32,000 nt of DNA from NCBI RefSeq assembly GCF_014396165.1, contig NZ_CP060715.1, forward strand, positions 2,010,001 to 2,042,000. The letters run 5' to 3'. The notes beneath the pieces are model-generated. The model saw only the letters and a program-made list of their open reading frames with translations. It searched no databases and was not told the DNA's origin. Below, one piece after another: positions 25,254 through 32,000 of the stretch; the stretch's first letter is position 1; the number at the start of each line of letters is the position of its first letter. The position numbers and the translations under genes are program-made. This DNA comes from Erysipelothrix inopinata. GTDB lineage: Bacteria > Bacillota_I > Bacilli_A > Erysipelotrichales > Erysipelotrichaceae.

Positions 25254-27875
25254 TTAAAGTTCAATCCCCACTTTAGTGAAAATTAAAGCCTTCGCATCAC
25301 CAAGTTTTGTACTATCTTTACCACCAGATTGTGCAAAATTAGGGCGACCGCCACCATTTCCACCTGTAATGGTTGCAGCTTCCTTAGCAAGATCCCCTGC
25401 TTTGTATCCAGAAGTAATTGCATTTTCACTACATCCGACAATAAAGTTTAGTGATGATTCCTTAATATTTACAACGACAACGATATCTACTTGATTGCGG
25501 ATGCGTTCCACAAGATCTTTCAATACAGGAACTTCCATATTTTCTTGTTCAATCCAAATAAACTTAAGATTGTTTTCGATATCTACGGCATTTTCAACAT
25601 ATTCCGCTGTTTTTGATTTAAGAACATCTGCTAACATTTCTTGGTTTTTATTCTTTAATTCTTTAATTTCTTTTTCCAGTTCATCAATCTTATCGAGAAT
25701 ATTCTTTTGTGGTGATAATTTAAGAGCTGCACGAATACTTGATACTTCTTGATCAAGAGCATGGAATTCTTGATATGCTCCTAAACTTGTTTTACCTGTG
25801 ATTCGACGAACACCTGAACCAACACTTTCTTCTGAGACAAGTTTGAATGATCCAATTTCTCCTACTGACAAGGCATGCGTACCACCACAAAGCTCTTTAG
25901 AAACTGTACCCATTGAAACGACACGAACAAATGAACCATAATTTTCTGAGAATAAAGCCATTGCTCCAGTTTTCTTTGCATCTTCGAGTGCAAGAACTTC
26001 TGTTTGAATTGGCAATGATTTCGCAATCCAATCATTAATAAGTGTTTCAATTTCAAGGCATTGCGCGTCCGTTACTTTTTCAAAGTGGTTGAAATCAAAT
26101 CTAAAGTACTCATCATCAACATAAGAACCCGCTTGATTTACATGATCACCAACGACTTGTTTTAATGCTGATTGAAGCAGGTGAACACATGAGTGATTTT
26201 TACGAATTAAGATACGGCGTTCCGCATTGATTTTAAGAGTGAAGGTATCTCCCTCATGAATCTCAACCTCAGATTCGACATGATGCAGGTGTTGACCACC
26301 GTTCGCTTTGGTAACATCATTAACTGTAGCAACTATTTTGCCATCAAGTTCAAGTGTTCCCGTATCGCCAACTTGTCCACCACTTTCAGCATAGAATGAA
26401 GTTTCTGCAAAGACGACTTCACCTTTACCTGAAAAGGACTCCACACGTTTTCCATTTACAAAAAGTCCAATTACTTGAGATTTATTTTCAAATGAATCAT
26501 AGATAAATTCACTTTCTTCATGGAAGTTAAGAAGATCTTCTTGTTGAGAACCCATCGATTCAACTTTATGGCGACTACCACGAGCTCTTTCTTTTTGTTC
26601 TTCTAATGCTTGTTTGAATCCCTCAATATCTACATCATATCCTTGCTCTTGAGCAATTTCTAATGTCAATTCAATTGGGAATCCATAAGTATCATAGAGT
26701 TTAAATGCAATATCTCCAGCAATTGTTTTTCCATCTGTTGATTCAATGGTCTCAAGCAAGAGTTTTTCTCCGCCCGCAAGCGTTTTTTCAAATCGTTTTT
26801 CTTCAACATGAATAAGCTCTTGAACCATTTCTTGACGATCTGCAAGATAAGGATAGAACTCACCCATTGTTTCCACAACTACGGGTACAAGTTTATAGAG
26901 GAATGATTCAGAAATGTTAAGCACTTTTCCAAAACGTACAGCACGACGAAGTAAACGACGCAAGACGTAACCACGCCCTTCATTTGAGAATGTTGCACCA
27001 TCAGCCAAAGTAAATACTAAAGAACGAATATGATCCGATACAACACGATATGCTACGACATTGTCTTTATAGGGTGTATCACTCATTTTTTCAATTTCAC
27101 GAATAATCGGCATGAATAGATCCGTATCAAAGTTTGTTTCGCCACCTTGGACAATACTTACAAGACGTTCAAATCCCATACCTGTATCAATGTTCTTTTG
27201 TGGTAACTCTTCAAATGTATGAATATCGCCACCTTCAACACCATCAAATTGTGAGAACACAATATTCCAAATCTCTACATAACGGTCATTTTCCAAGTCT
27301 TCGAAGAATAATTTTTCACCAATATTTTCTGGGTCAAAATCAGGGCCTCGATCGTAAAAAATTTCTGAGTTTGGACCACATGGACCATCACCAATTTGCC
27401 AGAAATTATCATCTGTTTTTAAGATTCGTTTGGGATCCACATTAAATTTTTGTGTCCAAATATCGTATGCTTCTTGGTCATCCGTGTGAACGCTGAAGTA
27501 TGCTTGATTTACATCCAAGCCAATCCATTCCTCACTGAATAAGAATTCATAAGCAAATCCAATGGCTTCCTCTTTAAAGTAATCACCGATTGAGAAGTTA
27601 CCTAGCATCTCAAAGAACGTATGGTGACGTGCTGTTTTACCAACATTATCAATGTCATTAGTGCGCAATGACTTTTGCACATTAGTAATTCTTGGGTTTT
27701 CTGGTTTTACACGGCCATCAAAGTATTTCTTGAGAGCAGCAACACCTGAGTTAATCCATAGTAAAGTATCATCATCAATAGGGATTAATGGTGCGCCTGG
27801 TTCAACCATATGATTTTTCGATTTGAAATAGTCTAAGAACATATTTCTAATTTGATTTCCTGTCAATTCTTTCAT
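25254..27875 (-). CDS. alaS: Alanine--tRNA ligase
   Basis: The 873-aa translation has ..FFEMLGNFSIGDYFK.., an editing-domain motif HSCVHLL.., ..CGGTH.. and a C-terminal DHHA1-type tail GGGRPNFAQSGG. Confidence 0.97.
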   Translation of the reverse strand: MKELTGNQIRNMFLDYFKSKNHMVEPGAPLIPIDDDTLLWINSGVAALKKYFDGRVKPENPRITNVQKSLRTNDIDNVGKTARHHTFFEMLGNFSIGDYFKEEAIGFAYEFLFSEEWIGLDVNQAYFSVHTDDQEAYDIWTQKFNVDPKRILKTDDNFWQIGDGPCGPNSEIFYDRGPDFDPENIGEKLFFEDLENDRYVEIWNIVFSQFDGVEGGDIHTFEELPQKNIDTGMGFERLVSIVQGGETNFDTDLFMPIIREIEKMSDTPYKDNVVAYRVVSDHIRSLVFTLADGATFSNEGRGYVLRRLLRRAVRFGKVLNISESFLYKLVPVVVETMGEFYPYLADRQEMVQELIHVEEKRFEKTLAGGEKLLLETIESTDGKTIAGDIAFKLYDTYGFPIELTLEIAQEQGYDVDIEGFKQALEEQKERARGSRHKVESMGSQQEDLLNFHEESEFIYDSFENKSQVIGLFVNGKRVESFSGKGEVVFAETSFYAESGGQVGDTGTLELDGKIVATVNDVTKANGGQHLHHVESEVEIHEGDTFTLKINAERRILIRKNHSCVHLLQSALKQVVGDHVNQAGSYVDDEYFRFDFNHFEKVTDAQCLEIETLINDWIAKSLPIQTEVLALEDAKKTGAMALFSENYGSFVRVVSMGTVSKELCGGTHALSVGEIGSFKLVSEESVGSGVRRITGKTSLGAYQEFHALDQEVSSIRAALKLSPQKNILDKIDELEKEIKELKNKNQEMLADVLKSKTAEYVENAVDIENNLKFIWIEQENMEVPVLKDLVERIRNQVDIVVVVNIKESSLNFIVGCSENAITSGYKAGDLAKEAATITGGNGGGRPNFAQSGGKDSTKLGDAKALIFTKVGIEL

Positions 27876-27889
27876 AATTGCCTCCTAAA

Positions 27890-28102
27890 AATAAAAAAAA
27901 CATTCCAACTACAGGAACGTTTTCACGCGGTACCATCCTGATTTATACGCCGAAACGTATACACCTCAAAGTTTTTAACGCAAACAACACGGAGTTTCCT
28001 CATCTGCTAAAGGAGCATTCATAAACTTCTATTCGGCATTCTCACCATCAGCCGTCTCTTTAAATAGAATTACTTTAAGAATATATCTTTAGTACGATTA
28101 TC
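27890..28102 (-). promoter_or_regulatory. T-box leader (tRNA-Ala-sensing transcription attenuator) of alaS
   Basis: All of the following are read on the minus strand. The AG bulge AAAGAGA is followed by the distal stem CGGC-UGAUGGUGAGAAU-GCCG, closed by UUCUAUU/AAUAGAA. A specifier loop has GCU at 28014-28016. The T-box motif AAUCAGGAUGGUACCGCG lies at 27926-27943. A terminator ACGUUCC-UGUAGU-GGAAUGU plus U8 lies at 27893-27921. Confidence 0.85.
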
Positions 28103-28108
28103 GCATTT

Positions 28109-28117
28109 ATTATATCA
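28109..28117 (-). promoter_or_regulatory. Extended -10 promoter element (TGaTATAAT) for the alaS T-box leader
   Basis: The minus-strand sequence reads ..AAAAAATATGATATAATAAATG... No clear -35 box is present. Confidence 0.5.
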
Positions 28118-28133
28118 TATTTTTTTCTGTTGC

Positions 28134-28754
28134 CTAGCCTTGAACTAATTTTTCTACTTTATGAACATCTTGGATATTTCCAATGACCACAATCGTGTCT
28201 CCTACTTCGAGTGAAGCATCAGGACCTGGTGATAAAAGAACCTCACCATCATGATTAATAGCAATGATAGTCATCTGAGTTGTTTGATAGAAAGCAGAGG
28301 TCGCAATTGTTTTCCCTACAAGTTCTGATTTCGATGAGATTACAAATTCAAAACGCTTCATCGGATCTGAGAATGAGAAACGCGAACTTAAATCTACAAT
28401 TTGATCAACGATTGTATGAATTTCTGCTTCAATCTCATTCTTCTTAGCCATCAAATCAGTAAGTCGATGCTTTAATTCAGTGACATCACTGACTGAACTA
28501 AACGATTGAAGATACGCTATGGCATGTGTCTTATCGCCAATGATGACCCCATAGTTGTTAATAACATGAACACATTCCACTTCTTCTAATAAGTTCACCG
28601 CGCGTCGAATTGTTTCAGGTGATACCTTATATTCACTCGATAAAATAGAACGTCCTGAAATACGTTCCCCTTCCACAAGGTCATTACGAGCGATACGTGC
28701 AGCAATATCGAGTGCAATTTGTTGGTAGATAGGTTGTCGTTTTATTCTTGTCAT
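28134..28754 (-). CDS. GntR-family winged-helix regulator fused to a C-terminal TrkA-C (RCK_C) ligand-binding domain
   Basis: The N-terminus (PIYQQIALDIAARIARNDLVEGERISGRSILSSEYKVSPETIRRAVNLLEE) is a GntR helix-turn-helix. The C-terminus (SELVGKTIATS..MTIIAINHDGEVLLSPGPDASLEVGDTIVVIGNIQDV) resembles TrkA-C. Confidence 0.75.
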   Translation of the reverse strand: MTRIKRQPIYQQIALDIAARIARNDLVEGERISGRSILSSEYKVSPETIRRAVNLLEEVECVHVINNYGVIIGDKTHAIAYLQSFSSVSDVTELKHRLTDLMAKKNEIEAEIHTIVDQIVDLSSRFSFSDPMKRFEFVISSKSELVGKTIATSAFYQTTQMTIIAINHDGEVLLSPGPDASLEVGDTIVVIGNIQDVHKVEKLVQG

Positions 28755-28784
28755 GGTGTCACCTCATTGCACCTAATATAGCAT

Positions 28785-28812
28785 AAAAAAACTGCAATTT
28801 AAACTGCAGTTT
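28785..28812 (-). terminator. Rho-independent terminator downstream of the full-length cysK frame
   Basis: On the minus strand, AAACTGCA-GTTTAAAT-TGCAGTTT is followed by TTTTTAT. It lies 10 nt past the TAA at 28822-28824. Confidence 0.7.
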
Positions 28813-28821
28813 CAATATGTC

Positions 28822-29770
28822 TTAATAATTAAACATTAATGTTGATAAATAACGTTCTCCAGTATCAGGAAGAATAACTACAATGTTCTTACCTTTGTTC
28901 TCAGGACGTTTCGCAAGCTCAATTGCAGCAAACTGCAGCTCCTGAAGAAATACCTACAAGAAGTCCTTCTTTGCGTGCAATATTACGACCTGTTTCAAAT
29001 GCATCTTGATCTGAAACACGGATAATTTCATCAATTAATGATTCATCTAGAATTGAAGGAATAAATCCTGCACCAATACCCTGAATTTTATGAGGTCCAG
29101 GTTTTTCTCCTGAAAGAATTGCGGATGTTTCTGGTTCTACTGCAACCACTTTGATATTTGGGTTTTGTTCTTTTAAATATGAACCGGTTCCTGTTAGTGT
29201 ACCACCTGTTCCGACACCTGATACAAGAATATCGACAGTACCTTCAGTATCACGATAAATTTCAGGTCCGGTTGTATTGTAGTGCATCTTAACATTGGCT
29301 GTGTTATCAAATTGTGATGGAATAAATGAATTTTCAAAAGATTCAGCAAGTTCATTGGCTTTCGCAATTGCACCTTTCATTCCAGTACTTCCATCTGTTA
29401 GAACAAGTTCAGCACCGTATGCCTTTAATAAGTTACGACGCTCTACGCTCATTGTTTCTGGCATTGTAAGAATGACACGCAATCCCATTGATGCACCAAT
29501 CGAAGCAAGACCAATTCCTGTATTTCCACTGGTTGGTTCAATAATAACTGTTTCATCATTGATTAAGCCTTCTTTTTTAGCTTGTGATAACATTGCGAAT
29601 GCAATACGGTCTTTAACACTTCCACCAGGATTAAAGAATTCAACTTTCGCTAAGATATTTGCTTGGACATCGTATTCTTTTTCAATATTCTTTAAAGATA
29701 CGAGTGGTGTATTTCCGATTAATTCTGTGAGTTCATTATAAATTTTCATAGTAACCTTGTTATCCTCCAT
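28822..29770 (-). pseudogene. cysK: Cysteine synthase A (O-acetylserine sulfhydrylase) with a +1-nt frameshift about 31 codons from the 3' end. The track ORF 28919..29770 is the truncated form.
   Basis: The translation has the PLP-lysine motif NPGGSVKDRIA and the motifs TSGNTGIGLA, GVGTGGTLTG and GISSGAA. After GISSGAAV the frame hits TGA (..AVCCN*). Removing one T from the TTT at 28930-28932 restores ..[39 protein letters not shown], the canonical CysK C-terminus. The span 28822-29770 is 949 nt, which is 3n+1. Confidence 0.85.
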
Positions 29771-29832
29771 GTTATATATGTATTATACAACACTCACATT
29801 AAATTACAATTCGTTTACTCAGTCGGAATCAT

Positions 29833-29861
29833 TGACTTTACCTTTTAAAACCCCTAACATA
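29833..29861 (+). promoter_or_regulatory. Candidate promoter for the Rrf2 regulator (-35 TTGACT, 17-nt spacer, -10 TAACAT) in the divergent cysK/Rrf2 intergenic region
   Basis: The + strand reads TTGACTttaccttttaaaaccccTAACAT. An AAGGAG Shine-Dalgarno sequence lies at 29871-29876. Confidence 0.45.
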
Positions 29862-29884
29862 TATTCATGTAAGGAGTGATGATT

Positions 29885-30310
29885 ATGAAACTATCAGCAC
29901 GAACACGCTACGGTATCGCGGCAATGACCTATATGCACATCAACGATCAAGATGTTACTACGTTAGTTAACATTGCTGATCACTTAAATATCTCAAAAAT
30001 TTATTTGGAACAAGTTTTCTCAAGCCTAAAACAAGCAAACCTAGTAGATGCTATTAAAGGCCCTACAGGTGGATACTTTCTCAAGTCAAAAGAATGTAAC
30101 ATGTACAACATTCTTAATGCTTTAGAGCCTTCTATGTTTGAAAAAACACCGCCATCAACTGATGACGATATTATAAACTCAGCATTATGTACACATTTGT
30201 ATACACCACTTGATGAAGCATTAAAAGCAGAACTTAAAGAGATTAAACTAAAAGATATCGCCGAAATCATTAAAACTGAATCCGGCGACAATCATATGTA
30301 TTATATTTAA
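29885..30310 (+). CDS. Rrf2-family transcriptional regulator, CymR-like (no three-Cys Fe-S ligand set)
   Basis: The N-terminus MKLSARTRYGIAAMTYM..LVNIADHLNISKIYLEQVFSSLKQANLVDAIKGPTGGYFL is an Rrf2 helix-turn-helix. The protein has only two Cys. It is transcribed divergently from cysK. The track start at 29876 is a GTG; the ATG at 29885 has better Shine-Dalgarno spacing. Confidence 0.8.
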   Translation: MKLSARTRYGIAAMTYMHINDQDVTTLVNIADHLNISKIYLEQVFSSLKQANLVDAIKGPTGGYFLKSKECNMYNILNALEPSMFEKTPPSTDDDIINSALCTHLYTPLDEALKAELKEIKLKDIAEIIKTESGDNHMYYI

Positions 30311-31641
30311 TTTTCTTCAGACAAGGCATCTTCGATGTCTTGTTTTTCTTTGGTTACGCGTACCTTTGCAATCACTTTCTCATCCAAATCAATAATTGAG
30401 AAACGATAATCGCCAAAGACTACATCCGATTCATCAGACTGTACGTCTTCTGCATTCGGAATTCTTCCCAGCTCACCAACAATAAAGCCACTCACGGTGT
30501 CGTAATCATCTACAGGTAAATCAATTTCCAGGATATCTTCGAGATCTTCAAGATCTGCATTCCCTTCAACCAAGTATTCTCCAGGATGAACAAGAAGAAT
30601 ATCTTCAATCTCTTCATCATCATACTCATCCATGATATTACCCATAATTTCTTCAATTAAATCTTCCAATGTTACGATACCAGCCGTTCCACCATATTCA
30701 TCAATAACAACAGCAAAGTGTGTTTTCGCAAGTTGTAATTCTCTAAAGAGTTCATCGGTGCGTTTTGAATCAGGCACGAAGATTGGTTCACGCATAACTT
30801 CTTTAATATTAAAGAGTTTTGGATTCTTCTCTTCGTTGATGAAGCGTAAAATATCTCGTAAATGAATCACACCAATGATATCATCAATGTTTTCTTCATA
30901 AACTGGATAACGTGTAAAGCGTTCCTCATCAATCAAATCGAGTATTTCATCAAAGGTTGTATCAACATCGATACCAATGACATCCGTACGGTGTGTCATA
31001 ATATCCGATACATCTTGATTATCGAAATCAAAAATATTGTTGATCATTTCTTTTTCATTAATATCAATTTCACCCGCATCAACCATGATACGAATTTCTT
31101 CTTCTGTAACTTCGTCTTCAGTCTTATTCGGATCGATACCAATTATTCGTAAAACAACATTGGTTGAGAACGATAAGAATCGAACGAGAGGTTTCGTAAT
31201 AATTGACATAATCCAAATTGGATACACAACAAAGAATGCAAACTTCTCTGGGTTTGTCATGGCAATTCGTTTCGGAACGAGTTCTCCAAATACCAACATT
31301 AAATATGCGGTAATCAAAGAAATGATTAACATTGATATTGGTTTAACCATCGCAGATGTCATCCATCCATTATTGACAACCCAATCCGTAATCAATTGCG
31401 CAAACGCCTCGGAAGCAAACATCCCTGATAAAATACTTGCTAATGAAACACCAATTTGTATCGTAGATAAAAATCGGTTAGGAACTTCTTTAAGTTGTAG
31501 TACGATCGTTGCCTTGCGGTTTCCATCTTCAGCCATGCTCTTTAGTTTATTATTATTGATTGATACAAATGCTAATTCACTTCCTGCAAAAAATGCATTT
31601 AAAAGAATTAACACTAGTAATGTAATTACTTGACTTAACAT
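30307..31641 (-). CDS. CNNM/CorC-type protein (DUF21 transmembrane domain - CBS pair - CorC_HlyC), annotated in databases as hemolysin family / putative Mg2+/Co2+ efflux
   Basis: The N-terminal transmembrane domain has ..FFAGSELAFVS.. and ..FGELVPKR... A CBS pair follows (..DIMTHRTDVIGIDVD.., ..FAVVIDEYGGTAGIVTLEDLIEEIMG..). The C-terminal CorC domain has ..DTVSGFIVGELGRIP... Confidence 0.88.
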   Translation of the reverse strand: MLSQVITLLVLILLNAFFAGSELAFVSINNNKLKSMAEDGNRKATIVLQLKEVPNRFLSTIQIGVSLASILSGMFASEAFAQLITDWVVNNGWMTSAMVKPISMLIISLITAYLMLVFGELVPKRIAMTNPEKFAFFVVYPIWIMSIITKPLVRFLSFSTNVVLRIIGIDPNKTEDEVTEEEIRIMVDAGEIDINEKEMINNIFDFDNQDVSDIMTHRTDVIGIDVDTTFDEILDLIDEERFTRYPVYEENIDDIIGVIHLRDILRFINEEKNPKLFNIKEVMREPIFVPDSKRTDELFRELQLAKTHFAVVIDEYGGTAGIVTLEDLIEEIMGNIMDEYDDEEIEDILLVHPGEYLVEGNADLEDLEDILEIDLPVDDYDTVSGFIVGELGRIPNAEDVQSDESDVVFGDYRFSIIDLDEKVIAKVRVTKEKQDIEDALSEEN

Positions 31642-31784
31642 AGTACATCACCTCGTAGAGCATCTTCTATTCTGCTGTTTATATTCATAGTAGGGTTAGG
31701 TAAACTACCCTCGTCACTGTTTTCCACAAACAATCCTCCGTTTATATATATCAAATATTTTACAAACTTCCCCAAATAAAGTCA

Positions 31785-31808
31785 ATAGGGTGACCTCTGT
31801 CACCCTAT
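31785..31808 (-). terminator. Hairpin terminator after the FtsX-like permease gene
   Basis: A perfect 10-bp stem ATAGGGTGAC / GTCACCCTAT has a 4-nt loop. On the minus strand it is followed by TGACTTTATTT, an interrupted T-run. Confidence 0.55.
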
Positions 31809-31813
31809 CTGAA

Positions 31814-32000
31814 TTAATCATCAAATGTCTTTAAAGCTTCACTCATATTGACATGATTGGTTCTTCGAGCCATCAATAAATTTATGATAATTGAAATAAT
31901 AAATGTTAGTGCAATTGAAGTCGCAACACTGGTCCATAAGAGCTCACGGTTAAACATAACCGCATCAATTTCAGCTTGTAAGATTACAAATTTATGGAGA
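31814..32000 (-). CDS. C-terminal 61 codons of an FtsX-like ABC transporter permease (5' end outside the window)
   Basis: Hand translation gives LHKFVILQAEIDAVMFNRELLWTSVATSIALTFIISIIINLLMARRTNHVNMSEALKTFDD*. It shows a terminal transmembrane helix followed by an A-R-R...EALK tail, typical of FtsX/MacB-type permeases. The track omits it because it is partial. Confidence 0.55.
   Translation of the reverse strand, partial: LHKFVILQAEIDAVMFNRELLWTSVATSIALTFIISIIINLLMARRTNHVNMSEALKTFDD

Noticed and set aside
25276-27445. Antisense or off-frame ORFs inside conserved genes. These include 25276..25494, 25495..25752 and 27134..27445 in alaS. Similar ones are 16006..16263 in lepA, 29295..29741 in cysK, 30632..31633 in the CNNM gene, 30001..30291 in the Rrf2 gene, 23741..24133 in mltG and 14311..14709 in hemW.
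   Set aside because: Each lies opposite to or overlapping a full-length, clearly conserved protein gene. Each has a low-complexity or Ser/Ile/Phe-rich translation typical of AT-rich antisense frames.
29876-29884. GTG start for the Rrf2 regulator (MMIMKL..) as given by the track.
   Set aside because: The GTG overlaps the AAGGAG Shine-Dalgarno sequence itself. The ATG at 29885 gives the family-typical MKLS.R.RYG N-terminus with 8-nt Shine-Dalgarno spacing.
31635-31727. A 30-codon upstream ORF (GTG start 7 nt after GGAGG; VENSDEGSLPNPTMNINSRIEDALRGDVLC*) whose stop overlaps the ATG of the CNNM/CorC-type gene. It could be a leader peptide or a Mg2+ riboswitch.
   Set aside because: It is too short to support without conservation. 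The main gene has its own GAGGTG Shine-Dalgarno sequence. I could find only a weak 5-bp hairpin and nothing resembling an M-box or other known riboswitch core.
1-32000. Mobile elements, prophage, toxin-antitoxin or defence islands, rRNA or tRNA genes.
   Set aside because: No transposase, integrase or recombinase-like translation appears in any frame of the track or in my reading. I saw no long terminal inverted repeats and no cloverleaf-like or rRNA-like segments in the short intergenic regions.

Overview
Low-GC (about 35-38%) Bacillota-type chromosome segment in two parts.

(A) 1..11519, minus strand. This is one giant reading frame of at least 3,836 codons, and its 3' end lies beyond position 1. 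The supplied ORF track does not list it, because it has no in-window stop and its ATG is out of frame with the body. Read by hand, it encodes a secreted or surface repeat protein:
- a signal peptide;
- four tandem modules with a 1,323/1,323/1,326-bp period, each holding a roughly 250-265 aa glycine-rich domain with motifs like the ALK/LTK glycine-rich (polyglycine-II helix) domain family (Pfam PF12810-like). The first three modules also carry two cadherin-like beta-sandwich repeats after the glycine-rich domain;
- a fifth, more divergent glycine-rich domain;
- at least 22 further cadherin-like repeats of about 85-90 aa.
A bacterial protein with five tandem ALK-type glycine-rich domains has, to my knowledge, no described function. 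It is the most interesting object in the window. The gene start is disrupted by a 1-nt frame offset at short homopolymers (A6/G5) 5-11 codons after the ATG.

(B) 11.6-32 kb. This is ordinary housekeeping DNA, almost all on the minus strand, with Bacillus-like synteny:
- rpsO, a lipoprotein and a beta-hydroxyacid dehydrogenase;
- the overlapping-gene operon fmt - S-component-like membrane protein - lepA - mazG-like - hemW;
- rpsT diverging from holA-comEC-comEA;
- greA, udk, mltG, DUF1292, ruvX and ireB;
- alaS with a T-box leader;
- a GntR/TrkA-C regulator;
- cysK (frameshifted near its 3' end) diverging from a CymR-like Rrf2 regulator;
- a CNNM/CorC-type protein and the tail of an FtsX-like permease.

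No rRNA, tRNA, CRISPR array, transposase or integrase was seen. All homology statements come from reading the translations by eye; no database search was possible.
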